Positions 28,354-37,845 of a DNA stretch of 64,000 nucleotides are shown here, piece by piece. Made by a program: the position numbers and the translations under genes. Origin of the DNA: Bacteroidota bacterium. GTDB lineage: Bacteria > Bacteroidota > Bacteroidia > Sphingobacteriales > Sphingobacteriaceae. The stretch spans positions 32,290 to 96,289 of the forward strand of contig JBDKFN010000002.1 of the NCBI GenBank assembly GCA_039798705.1. The letters are read 5' to 3'. How positions within the stretch are numbered: position 1 is the first letter of the stretch; every line of letters starts with the position of its first letter. The notes beneath the pieces were generated by a model. It did not search any database and was not told where the DNA came from. It saw only the letters and a program-made list of their open reading frames with translations.

Positions 28354-28926
28354 CTATCTATTAATTAATAAAAACACGAACAAATATATCCACAAAATGT
28401 CAATAAAGTGCCAGAAGATGGTGCTTATTTCCATTCGGAAGATATTTTTTGTTTGATTGATTTTGCTTGAAGTGCCGGCAAATGCATATAACAAAAGCAT
28501 TAAACCTGCAATAATATGAAATGCATGAAACCCAGAGATTACATACAGAAAAGATTCAGCTGGATTTCCAGAGAAAAATACGCCATTTGCTACTAATTCT
28601 TTCCATGCAACATACTGACCTATTAAAAAGCCTAGTCCTAACAAAATGGTTAGGATAAGAAAATTTTTCTGTTTTGCTACTTGACCTTTTTTTGCATTAG
28701 TTAAAGAGATATGAAGCGTAATGCTACTCAAAATAATTAATACTGTTGTATAGTAAAAGGTTTGGGGCAATTCAAAAATTTTCCAATTGCCTTCTGCTTT
28801 TCTAACAATGTAAGCACTGGTTAAACCTGCAAAACACATGAGTGAGCTTAATACAAACAACCACGTAACAAACTTTTTAGGTTGCCCGTTAAATGTATTT
28901 GATGGGATAGTGTTTTCTGCGTTCAT
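28354..28926 (-). CDS. Cytochrome c oxidase subunit III (first subunit-III-like gene)
   Basis: GFHAFHIIAG and IFWHFIDILWIYLF motifs. Confidence 0.8.
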   Translation of the reverse strand: MNAENTIPSNTFNGQPKKFVTWLFVLSSLMCFAGLTSAYIVRKAEGNWKIFELPQTFYYTTVLIILSSITLHISLTNAKKGQVAKQKNFLILTILLGLGFLIGQYVAWKELVANGVFFSGNPAESFLYVISGFHAFHIIAGLMLLLYAFAGTSSKINQTKNIFRMEISTIFWHFIDILWIYLFVFLLINR

Positions 28927-28929
28927 CGT

Positions 28930-29823
28930 TTACAATTTATCAATTAATAATATGATTTGCACTACTGGCAAATAAATAAATGAACCAAACATTAATTCGC
29001 GTGCTGCTTTTAAAGAACACTCTCTGTATAGTTTTACTGACTGCATAAAAAACGCAAGGCCAGCCAATATGGAAATAATCCCCAATGTAGTGCCTGCCAT
29101 TCCGAATTTCATTGGCAATAGGCTAACAGGGATTAATACTAAAGTAAATAACATGATTTGGAACGCGCTACTTTTGCCTCTTCCTTCTTTTGAAGGCAAC
29201 AAAAACATATTCGCTCTGCGATAATCTTCATCTAACACCCAAGCAACAGCCCAAAAATGTGGAAACTGCCAAATGAATTGGATTGCAAACATGATTCCTG
29301 GCTCAAATCCGAATTTATTCGTATAAGCAACATAGCCTAATAATGGTGGCATTGCGCCTGCTACTGCTCCTACAAAAACTGCAAATGAAGATTTAAGTTT
29401 TAATGGGGTGTATATAAATGCGTAAGAGATGATTGAGAATAATCCTAAAACGCCCGTAATTAAATTAAAGTAATAAGTTAAAATAAAAATTCCCGCAACA
29501 CCCATGCCGATTGAAAAAATAAGTGCTTCTGTCAAACTTAATTTGTAAGTAGGCATTGGCCTATTTTGCGTTCGGTGCATTAATTTATCGGTATCCTTCT
29601 CTATAATTTGATTTAAACTATTTGCGGAACCGGTTGTTAAAAATCCTCCTAAAATCATCAACAATAATTCAGGCCACTTCAGCTGCCCTTTTGCTGCATA
29701 AGCAAAAGTAATAGCAGCAGAAAACACAACTAACATGGTTAACCTCAATTTTACTAATTGAATATAACTGCCAATTCTAGCTTTCATTCCTGTTGATTCG
29801 ATATTTAATTCTTTTGTTATCAC
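28930..29823 (-). CDS. cyoE: Protohaem IX farnesyltransferase (haem O synthase)
   Basis: UbiA-family motifs (NQIIEKDTDKLMHRTQNRP; DEDYRR) and nine TM helices. Confidence 0.9.
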   Translation of the reverse strand: MITKELNIESTGMKARIGSYIQLVKLRLTMLVVFSAAITFAYAAKGQLKWPELLLMILGGFLTTGSANSLNQIIEKDTDKLMHRTQNRPMPTYKLSLTEALIFSIGMGVAGIFILTYYFNLITGVLGLFSIISYAFIYTPLKLKSSFAVFVGAVAGAMPPLLGYVAYTNKFGFEPGIMFAIQFIWQFPHFWAVAWVLDEDYRRANMFLLPSKEGRGKSSAFQIMLFTLVLIPVSLLPMKFGMAGTTLGIISILAGLAFFMQSVKLYRECSLKAARELMFGSFIYLPVVQIILLIDKL

Positions 29824-30924
29824 TTAACTAATTATTGCCATAGAAATACTTTTTCTATAGTTTGCTAACAGTGCCAATTGCATTACCCAAACTCCAATTA
29901 GCAAACTGGCTAATAATAAATGCACAGTTTGCATTGCAGGCGGAAGGCTATAATAGGCTAGCACTAAGCCCGATATTAATTGTAGAGCCATCAAAACTGA
30001 AACTACAATTACATAACCTTTAAATCTTTTTATTTCTTTAAAATGTTCTAATATATAACCTGCGCAAATAATGGTAGCTAATATTAAAAGCATTGAAAAA
30101 CCTTTGTGTATGTTAAATATTTCTTCGCTCAAACCAACCCACGCACCTCGATTGGTATTGTTCCAAAATGCAGCTTGTTGGTCTACGCTTTCTCTTAATG
30201 AAGTTCCAAATAAAACTTGAGTTGTGGTCAGCACTAAACATAACCAAGTAAACGTTTCTGCTGTCCTTAATTTTTTAGCAGATAGTTTCAGAACCGGCAA
30301 GTTTTTATATTTAACATTTTGATAAGCTAATGCAATCAATCCGATAATTACCAACGCCAAAAACATATGCACTGTTATTACCCAACTCGTTAAATTTGTT
30401 GAAACCACCCATGATCCAATCCATGCTTGTATCACAACTAATATCATTGACGAGACACATAATGCTAACACTCCGCGGTTATTGCGGCGAATACGATAAG
30501 CTGCAATAGTCATTAGAAACATTAGCAATCCAGTGATTGCACCAATTAACCGATTGACGTATTCTGTATAAGTTTTCCAGACATTAAACTGCTCTGCAGT
30601 TAAAACAGACTGGTCTTTTAAAATTCGATCTGCCTGTTCGGCAAAACCGATTTTACTTAACAGTTTGGCAAAACGGATGTTTTTAGCAACACGTTTGTTT
30701 ACATATTCTTGTTGGTAATTTGCAGGAAGTTGCGCTACAGTTGTTGGCGGAACCCATTGATCAAAACATTTTGGCCAATCTGGGCAGCCCATTCCTGAAC
30801 CTGAACTTCTTACTACTCCACCAGCAAGAATCAAAAGAAACAAAGAACAAATTGTATAAAAGGTAATTTTTAAAAACCTTTTTTCTTTTGATGAATACTC
30901 CGAAATATTTGCGGCATTATCCAT
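29824..30924 (-). CDS. ctaA: COX15/CtaA family haem A synthase
   Basis: Periplasmic Cys pair (GMGCPDWPKC), conserved His in TM helices, and zero-nt spacing to cyoE. Confidence 0.75.
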   Translation of the reverse strand: MDNAANISEYSSKEKRFLKITFYTICSLFLLILAGGVVRSSGSGMGCPDWPKCFDQWVPPTTVAQLPANYQQEYVNKRVAKNIRFAKLLSKIGFAEQADRILKDQSVLTAEQFNVWKTYTEYVNRLIGAITGLLMFLMTIAAYRIRRNNRGVLALCVSSMILVVIQAWIGSWVVSTNLTSWVITVHMFLALVIIGLIALAYQNVKYKNLPVLKLSAKKLRTAETFTWLCLVLTTTQVLFGTSLRESVDQQAAFWNNTNRGAWVGLSEEIFNIHKGFSMLLILATIICAGYILEHFKEIKRFKGYVIVVSVLMALQLISGLVLAYYSLPPAMQTVHLLLASLLIGVWVMQLALLANYRKSISMAIIS

Positions 30925-30938
30925 ACTTCTTTTAGTTA

Positions 30939-32777
30939 TTAATGAGCTCCTTTTGCTCCGTGGTGTGTACCGTAATCACCTGGTAGATTAGATGACATTG
31001 TTTGCGACAATGGAACATTTTGCGGAATAAAATCCTCATCATGACCTGGCTTACTGTAGTCATATGGCCAACGATATACGTGAGGAATTTCTCCTGGCCA
31101 GTTACCATGCATGTGTTCAACTGGTGCAGTCCATTCTAATGTATTAGAATTCCAAGGGTTTTGTGGCGCTTTCTTTCCTTTGAAAATACTTCTGAAGAAG
31201 TTATATAAGAAAATAAATTGCGCTAGTGATCCTAAGATTGCTGCAATACTGATGAATTTATTAACTGCTAACCATTCTTTCATAAAGTCAAAACTTGTGA
31301 AAGAATAATATCTTCTAGGTACACCATCTAAGCCCATGAAATGCATTGGGAAAAACACGCAATAAACTGCAATGAATGTTAACCAGAAATGGAAATATCC
31401 TAGGCGCGTATCCATCATTTTACCAAATAAACGTGGGTACCAATGATAAACACCTGCAAACATACCAAACATAGCTGCACTACCCATTACAATATGGAAA
31501 TGGGCAACAACAAAATAAGTATCGTGTAAGTTAATGTCTAATGAAGCATTTCCTAAGAAAATACCCGTTAACCCACCTGTGATAAAAAGAGAAACTAAAC
31601 CAATTGCAAACAACATTGCTGGTGTAAACTGAATGTTTCCTCTCCAAAGGGTTGCTAAATAATTAAAGGTCTTTACTGCAGATGGAACCGCAATAATCAA
31701 TGTCGTAAACATAAATACAGATCCTAAGAAAGGATTCATTCCTGTTATAAACATATGGTGACCCCATACAATGAATGATAAAAATGCAATACCGATCAAT
31801 GAGATGATCATGGCACGGTAACCGAAGATTGGCTTCCTAGCGTTTGTTGCGATAATCTCTGAACTAATACCTAATGCAGGCATGATAATGATGTAAACTT
31901 CAGGGTGACCTAAGAACCAGAATAAATGCTGGAACAGTACTGGACTTCCGCCGTGGTTTGGCAATGCTTCACCACCAATGAATATATCAGATAAATAGAA
32001 ACTTGTACCAAAACCTCTGTCAAATATTAATAAAATAACACCTGCAAATAAAACAGGGAAAGACAATACACCTAAAATTGCGGTTAATAAAAACGCCCAA
32101 ATTGTTAATGGCATTTTAGTCATTGACATTCCTTTTGTACGCATGTTTAATACTGTACTGATATAGTTAATACCACCCATTAATGCCGATGCAACAAATA
32201 GTGCCATTGAGATTAACCATAAGGTCATACCTAAACCAGAACCAGGCATTGCTTTTGGAAGTGCTGATAATGGAGGGTAAATTGTCCACCCGCCTGATGC
32301 AGGACCAGTTTCAATTAACAATGACCAAGCCATAATTACACTTGATACAAAGAATAACCAATAAGAAAGCATATTGATAAATGGCGATGCCATATCTCTA
32401 GCTCCTACTTGTAATGGAATTAATAAATTACTAAACGTTCCGCTTAATCCTGCGGTTAATACAAAGAATACCATGATGGTTCCGTGAATGGTAACCATTG
32501 ACATGTAAAAAGATGGGTCGATTCTTCCGCCTTGCGCCCATTTTCCAAGTAACTTTTCTAAGAAAGGGAAAGACTCATCTGGCCATCCTAATTGAATTCT
32601 GAACAATATAGAAAGCACCATACCAACAACTGCCATGATAATACCTGTAATCAAGTATTGTTTTGCAATCATCTTATGGTCCATACTGAACACATATTTT
32701 GAAATAAATGTTTCTTTGTGATGCGCTCCGTGGTGAGCATCATGTGAATCAGTGTGATGTGTAGTGTGATCTGACAT
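30939..32777 (-). CDS. ctaD: Cytochrome c oxidase subunit I (aa3-type)
   Basis: GHPEVYIIIMP, WGHHMF and VVAHFHIVM haem/CuB ligand motifs. His-rich N- and C-termini. Confidence 0.95.
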   Translation of the reverse strand: MSDHTTHHTDSHDAHHGAHHKETFISKYVFSMDHKMIAKQYLITGIIMAVVGMVLSILFRIQLGWPDESFPFLEKLLGKWAQGGRIDPSFYMSMVTIHGTIMVFFVLTAGLSGTFSNLLIPLQVGARDMASPFINMLSYWLFFVSSVIMAWSLLIETGPASGGWTIYPPLSALPKAMPGSGLGMTLWLISMALFVASALMGGINYISTVLNMRTKGMSMTKMPLTIWAFLLTAILGVLSFPVLFAGVILLIFDRGFGTSFYLSDIFIGGEALPNHGGSPVLFQHLFWFLGHPEVYIIIMPALGISSEIIATNARKPIFGYRAMIISLIGIAFLSFIVWGHHMFITGMNPFLGSVFMFTTLIIAVPSAVKTFNYLATLWRGNIQFTPAMLFAIGLVSLFITGGLTGIFLGNASLDINLHDTYFVVAHFHIVMGSAAMFGMFAGVYHWYPRLFGKMMDTRLGYFHFWLTFIAVYCVFFPMHFMGLDGVPRRYYSFTSFDFMKEWLAVNKFISIAAILGSLAQFIFLYNFFRSIFKGKKAPQNPWNSNTLEWTAPVEHMHGNWPGEIPHVYRWPYDYSKPGHDEDFIPQNVPLSQTMSSNLPGDYGTHHGAKGAH

Positions 32778-32797
32778 AAAAAATCTATCTAATTTTT

Positions 32798-34003
32798 TTA
32801 TTCGTTTGTATTAAGTGCTAATTTCTCTTCTCTTGCTTTTGCAACACTAGCTTCCGCTTCTTGAATTTGCTTAGCCATTTCTTCTGTGTAAAAAGGCTTT
32901 TTAGTTGCTAACCATTTTGCATACTCTGTGTCATTTACAACTACAATTTTAACTTGCATATTATAATGTGCACTACCGCAAATTTTAGCACATAATAAAA
33001 TGTAATCAAATTTAGGGTCGTTGGTTTTAGCACGCATTTGCTCGGTTGTAATAGTTGGTGTAAACCAGAATGTGGTTGGCATCCCTGGCACACAATTCAT
33101 TTGAGCTCTAAAGTGTGGCATGTATGCAGAGTGAATTACATCTCTCGCATTGAAATTAAATTTAACCGGTCTGTTAACTGGCAAATAAATTTCATTAACC
33201 AATAAATCGTCTTTTGCGTTTTTATCGTTGAAGTCAACTCCAGTTTCGTTTATATCATTTACTAATTTAAATGCTTTTGAACCTAAAGTATTGTCGTTAC
33301 CTGGATAACGAACGATCCATGCGAACTGTTTACCAGTAACATCGATTGTCAATGCTTCTTTTGGTGCAGGTGATGTAATGTTTGTCCATGCTTTCCATCC
33401 AGATAATACTAATACCGCTAAAACAATTGCTGGAATAATTGTCCAATACAATTCTAACTTATCATTGTGTGGGTAGAAAAATGCAGTTCTTTTTTCTTTG
33501 CCTTTGTATTTGAAAGAAAAATAGAATAATAAGATATGTGTAATTACAAAAACAACGCCTGTAATTAAAGCAGTGATATTAAATAAATTATCTGTTATCG
33601 CGCCGTGTGCAGATGCAGACTCTGGCAACAACATTCTACCATGTGTAGTAAATTCATAATACACATAACTTAAGAACATCACTAAGAATAAAATAAAGAA
33701 AATACCATTCACTTTGTTGTAAGTGTTTTTGATTTTCTTTCCGTTTAATTCTTGTGTTAATTCTAAAACTTTTAAAGTTTTATTTATTACTGCGAATGCA
33801 AAAACTGAAGCAATTAATAATAAAACATAAAACCAAAAAGTTATTCCAAGCTCTTGGCTTGCAACATCAGAAGTAGCAGCAGGCATTGTAGCTTGCGCAA
33901 AAGATATTGTTGAAGAAATCGTCAATAAAACAAAAAGTATAATTGCTTTTGTTGATGATTTTAATTGCTGACCTATAGACATATTCATACGATTAATATT
34001 CAA
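32798..34003 (-). CDS. ctaC: Cytochrome c oxidase subunit II (CuA, no fused cytochrome c)
   Basis: CuA site (DVIHSAYMP ... CAKICGSAHYNM). No CxxCH in the protein. Confidence 0.9.
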   Translation of the reverse strand: MNINRMNMSIGQQLKSSTKAIILFVLLTISSTISFAQATMPAATSDVASQELGITFWFYVLLLIASVFAFAVINKTLKVLELTQELNGKKIKNTYNKVNGIFFILFLVMFLSYVYYEFTTHGRMLLPESASAHGAITDNLFNITALITGVVFVITHILLFYFSFKYKGKEKRTAFFYPHNDKLELYWTIIPAIVLAVLVLSGWKAWTNITSPAPKEALTIDVTGKQFAWIVRYPGNDNTLGSKAFKLVNDINETGVDFNDKNAKDDLLVNEIYLPVNRPVKFNFNARDVIHSAYMPHFRAQMNCVPGMPTTFWFTPTITTEQMRAKTNDPKFDYILLCAKICGSAHYNMQVKIVVVNDTEYAKWLATKKPFYTEEMAKQIQEAEASVAKAREEKLALNTNE

Positions 34004-34020
34004 TTTGAATCGTTAATAAA

Positions 34021-35229
34021 TTAAATTTCGTGATGTAAACTTTCGTTTAAGAAAGGGTGATTTTTAGGGACCAACGGTGCTTTGCTCAATGATGTTAACA
34101 TTAAGTAAATAAATGTTCCGATGAAACCTACAGTTGTTCCAATTTCAATAATTCCGAATCCGCTTTTCTCTCCCATTGTTCCTGGCATAATCATCATATA
34201 ATAATCTAACCAGTGACCACATAAAATTACAATGGTAACGATTTTCATCATTTTAAAATTTCTTTTTGCATCACGAGACATTAAAATCAATACAGGTGCA
34301 ACAAAGTTGATCGCAATATTTAAACAGAACCAAATAAAGTAATGGTCGCTCCATCTTTCTCTGAAGTAAACAACTTCTTCTGGAAGATTCGCATAGTAAA
34401 TTAATAAGAATTGAGAAAACCAAACATATGTCCAGAAAATAGAAAATGCGAAAATGAATTTTCCTAAATCGTGCATATGACTTTCGTTCACCCATCCGAA
34501 ATATCCTTTTTCTTTTAAAATAATAATTGTTAATGCCATAGTAGATAAACCACAAACCCATAAGGCAGCAAAGTTATACCAAGCAAACATAGTTGAAAAC
34601 CATTTTGCTTCTAATGACATGATAATATCGAATGCAAAAATTGCAGAAGTAAAACCAAATACCACTAAAAATATAGCAGAAATTTTAATGCTTTTGTTGT
34701 AGTTCAACAAACCACCTACTAAGTCTTCGTTTAACGAATACTTTCTAAGTACGCGCATAAATAAAGACCATACTAGTAAGAAACCAACTACACGAATCAT
34801 AAAGAAAGGCGTATTTAAATACCCTGATTTTCCTTTGATAAGTTCTGAAAATTCCGGAGAATTTTGATCTGTTAAAGCGGGATTAGCCCAATTTTGATAC
34901 AAGTGACCAGTTGCTAAACCTGAACCAACCACTGCGACTAAAATTAAACCTGCCCAAGGCAATACGGTACTAAAAGCAGATGGTACTCTTATCAAAGAAG
35001 TAGACCAACCTGCATTTGCAACAAATTGCACTGCAACGAAAAATAAACCAGCTACACAAATGCCAGTCATATAGTAGCTATTCAACAAAAGATTTGCGAA
35101 TGTGCGGTCTGCATTACCAGACATCAAACCAAATGCAACTGTTGCAATACCTAATAAAATCATGATGATCGCCCAGCGTTTAGCGCTAGATGAAAATTCA
35201 TATTTCTGAGTTAAATCGAAATTTGCCAT
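34021..35229 (-). CDS. actF: Alternative Complex III subunit ActF (polytopic quinol-interacting membrane subunit)
   Basis: About 10 TM helices. Position after actE and before subunit II, as in known ACIII operons. Confidence 0.7.
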   Translation of the reverse strand: MANFDLTQKYEFSSSAKRWAIIMILLGIATVAFGLMSGNADRTFANLLLNSYYMTGICVAGLFFVAVQFVANAGWSTSLIRVPSAFSTVLPWAGLILVAVVGSGLATGHLYQNWANPALTDQNSPEFSELIKGKSGYLNTPFFMIRVVGFLLVWSLFMRVLRKYSLNEDLVGGLLNYNKSIKISAIFLVVFGFTSAIFAFDIIMSLEAKWFSTMFAWYNFAALWVCGLSTMALTIIILKEKGYFGWVNESHMHDLGKFIFAFSIFWTYVWFSQFLLIYYANLPEEVVYFRERWSDHYFIWFCLNIAINFVAPVLILMSRDAKRNFKMMKIVTIVILCGHWLDYYMMIMPGTMGEKSGFGIIEIGTTVGFIGTFIYLMLTSLSKAPLVPKNHPFLNESLHHEI

Positions 35230-35238
35230 CAGTTTATA

Positions 35239-35865
35239 TTATTGTAATTTTTGTAACTCGTGAACGTATAAAACTATTTTCCATCTTTCTGCTGGACTTA
35301 ACTGTGCAGCATGAGATCCCATTAAATTCACACCATAGGTAATAGTGTGGAATATTTTACCATCTGTTAAATCTTTCATGGCACCACCTCTAGAAGAAGT
35401 ACCTGTTGAATATGATGGTGGAGGTGGGAATTTACCTGCAACTACAATTGCTCCATCGGCTTTTCCTTGCATTCCGTGGCATTGTGTACAAAAGTTTGTA
35501 TACAATACTTTACCTTCTGCTAATGCTACGGTATCGTTTGCAAATGGATTAACTAACTCTTTTGAAGCAGCTTCATATCCAGCTAAACTATTTTCATAAT
35601 GGAATTTGCTCCAGCCCATTGGAATAGTTCCGGCCACTGGGTTTTGTGCTGTTTTACCATCTTTGAAACTTGCGTTCGGTTGATCTGGATTTGGCGCCAA
35701 TGCACGATACATGTTTGGAGCATATTCATATCCAGGGTTTCTCTTGCTGTGGTAGCAAGAACTTAAAGAACCAATGGTCACAAAAGTACCAACAGCGACT
35801 ATAAAAATCTTGAAACTATTCTTCATCATAGCTAATGTATTTTCTTTCATTGTGTTTGATTTCAA
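35239..35865 (-). CDS. actE: ACIII monohaem cytochrome c lipoprotein ActE
   Basis: Lipobox (SLSSC) and a single CTQCHG haem site. Start is ambiguous: Met codons at 35865, 35850, 35829 and 35826. All overlap the actD 3' end. Confidence 0.75.
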   Translation of the reverse strand: MKSNTMKENTLAMMKNSFKIFIVAVGTFVTIGSLSSCYHSKRNPGYEYAPNMYRALAPNPDQPNASFKDGKTAQNPVAGTIPMGWSKFHYENSLAGYEAASKELVNPFANDTVALAEGKVLYTNFCTQCHGMQGKADGAIVVAGKFPPPPSYSTGTSSRGGAMKDLTDGKIFHTITYGVNLMGSHAAQLSPAERWKIVLYVHELQKLQ

Positions 35866-36355
35866 TTGCTCCAGCTTCTTTTAAAACTAAATCAACTGAA
35901 TTTATATCATTTGAACTTGCATCAATTGCAATTACGAAACGATCGTTTGTTGCTCTTAAATCCATTACTCTTGGAGCTCTGCCTGGGAACAAGTGGTTAG
36001 CATAAAAGAATGTGAAAACCATTCCGTATGCTGCAAACAATACTGTTAACTCAAACATAACCGGAATAAAATCTGGAAATGCAAAAGCAGGCTTACCACC
36101 AATGTTCATTGGCCAATCTACTACCAACATGTAATAAATCATGGTAAATGCTGTAATGGTTCCTGTTATACCGAAGCAAAAAGCTGCGATTGGCAACCTT
36201 GATCTTTTTACACCTAATTTGTTTTCAATTCCGTGAATTGGAAATGGTGTGAAAACATCTTCAATAGAAATATTACTTTTTTGTAATTTATCTATTCCCG
36301 ACATCATAACATCTGGATCGTCAAAATGTCCTAAAATATATTTTACTTTACTCAT
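35816..36355 (-). CDS. actD: ACIII membrane subunit ActD (DUF3341)
   Basis: 179 aa with two TM helices, between actC and actE. Confidence 0.7.
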   Translation of the reverse strand: MSKVKYILGHFDDPDVMMSGIDKLQKSNISIEDVFTPFPIHGIENKLGVKRSRLPIAAFCFGITGTITAFTMIYYMLVVDWPMNIGGKPAFAFPDFIPVMFELTVLFAAYGMVFTFFYANHLFPGRAPRVMDLRATNDRFVIAIDASSNDINSVDLVLKEAGAIEIKHNERKYISYDEE

Positions 36356-36373
36356 CTCTTTTACCTCGTTAAT

Positions 36374-37819
36374 TTAGTTTTTAGATCCAGTTACATCAAT
36401 ACTCCCGTCATAACCTTCAGGAAGTGCAACATGTCCGTGTTCAATTAATTTACGCTTAGATTGTTCAGAAGAACCTTTCAATAACAATTTAACTTCTGCC
36501 ATTGCAATTGCAGGTAATACTCTTAAGAACAATAAAAATAATGTGAAGAATAACCCTAACGAACCGATGAAAATAGACACATCAACCCATGTTGGATAGA
36601 ACATTGCCCAACTTGATGGTAAATAATCTCTGTGTAATGAAGTTACGATAATTACGAAACGCTCAAACCACATACCGATATTCACAAAAATTGAAAGGAT
36701 CCAAGTTGCTGTTACACTAGTTCTGATTTTTTTGAACCAGAATAATTGCGGAGAAATTACGTTACAAGTAATCATTGACCAATATGCCCACCAGTATGGA
36801 CCAGTAGCACGGTTAATGAATGCATATTGTTCGTATTCAACTCCTGAATACCATGCGATGAAAAACTCAGTACCATATGCAACACCTACAATTGAACCAG
36901 TTAGAATAATAATTTTATTCATTGATTCGATGTGAGCCATGGTGATGTAATTTTCAAATCCCAAAACTTTTCTAGCTATTAACAATAATGTTAATACCAT
37001 CGCAAATCCTGAGAAAATTGCACCTGCCACAAAGTATGGAGGGAAAATTGTTGTATGCCATCCTGGTATAACAGAAGTAGCAAAGTCAAAAGATACAATG
37101 GTGTGAACTGATAATACTAATGGAGTAGAAACGCCCGCTAAAATCAACGATACTGTTTCGAAACGTTGCCAAGTTTTTACCGAACCATTCCAACCAAATG
37201 ACATGATTGAATAAATTCTTCTTCTTAAACCTTGTGCACGGTCTCTGATGGTTGCAATATCTGGCAATAAACCAGTATACCAGAAAACTAAGGATACTGA
37301 GAAATAAGTAGAGATTGCGAAAACGTCCCAAACTAATGGTGAGTTAAAGTTAACCCATAAAGAACCGAATTGATTTGGTAATGGTAGTGGCCAATAAGCA
37401 ACCCATGGACGTCCCATATGCGCAACGATAAACGATGCTGCACAAATTACGGCAAAAATGGTCATTGCTTCTGCAGAACGGTTAATTGAATTTCTCCAGT
37501 TCTGACGGAACAACAATAGAATTGCTGAAATTAAAGTTCCGGCATGTCCGATACCTACCCACCATACGAAGTTGGTAATATCCCAAGCCCAACCTACTGT
37601 TTTATTTAAACCCCAAGCACCTATACCATTCCAAAAGGTATAACTAACTGCGATTAACCATAAAACTAATCCGGCAACTGCAATACTGAATCCGATCCAC
37701 CAAGCTTTGCTTGGCATTCTTTCTACTGGCGCACAAACATCTTCAGTAATTTGACTGTAGCTGATTGCTTGACCGGTAATTAACGGTTCTCTTATTATTG
37801 ATTCGCTGTGTGATGACAT
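36374..37819 (-). CDS. actC: ACIII NrfD/PsrC-like quinol-oxidising membrane subunit ActC
   Basis: Polytopic NrfD-like protein immediately after the Fe-S/molybdopterin-like subunit. Confidence 0.8.
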   Translation of the reverse strand: MSSHSESIIREPLITGQAISYSQITEDVCAPVERMPSKAWWIGFSIAVAGLVLWLIAVSYTFWNGIGAWGLNKTVGWAWDITNFVWWVGIGHAGTLISAILLLFRQNWRNSINRSAEAMTIFAVICAASFIVAHMGRPWVAYWPLPLPNQFGSLWVNFNSPLVWDVFAISTYFSVSLVFWYTGLLPDIATIRDRAQGLRRRIYSIMSFGWNGSVKTWQRFETVSLILAGVSTPLVLSVHTIVSFDFATSVIPGWHTTIFPPYFVAGAIFSGFAMVLTLLLIARKVLGFENYITMAHIESMNKIIILTGSIVGVAYGTEFFIAWYSGVEYEQYAFINRATGPYWWAYWSMITCNVISPQLFWFKKIRTSVTATWILSIFVNIGMWFERFVIIVTSLHRDYLPSSWAMFYPTWVDVSIFIGSLGLFFTLFLLFLRVLPAIAMAEVKLLLKGSSEQSKRKLIEHGHVALPEGYDGSIDVTGSKN

Positions 37820-37845
37820 ACGATATAAATTTTATCCTTTTTAAA

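Noticed and set aside
27658-28926. Two consecutive subunit-III genes as a duplication or pseudogene
   Set aside because: Both are full-length open frames with subunit III motifs and differ substantially in sequence. Two subunit-III-like genes are the usual arrangement, as far as I recall, in Bacteroidota aa3 clusters.
30932-31120. 62-aa minus-strand ORF at the 3' end of the subunit I gene, and a 96-aa ORF (34271-34561) inside actF
   Set aside because: They are alternative frames within strongly supported genes on the same strand, with no independent evidence.
35816-35865. 50-nt overlap of actD and actE as a possible frameshift or fusion
   Set aside because: Both frames are intact. actE has internal Met codons (35829/35826) that reduce the overlap to 11-14 nt, upstream of a normal lipoprotein signal. 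This is an ordinary coupled overlap.
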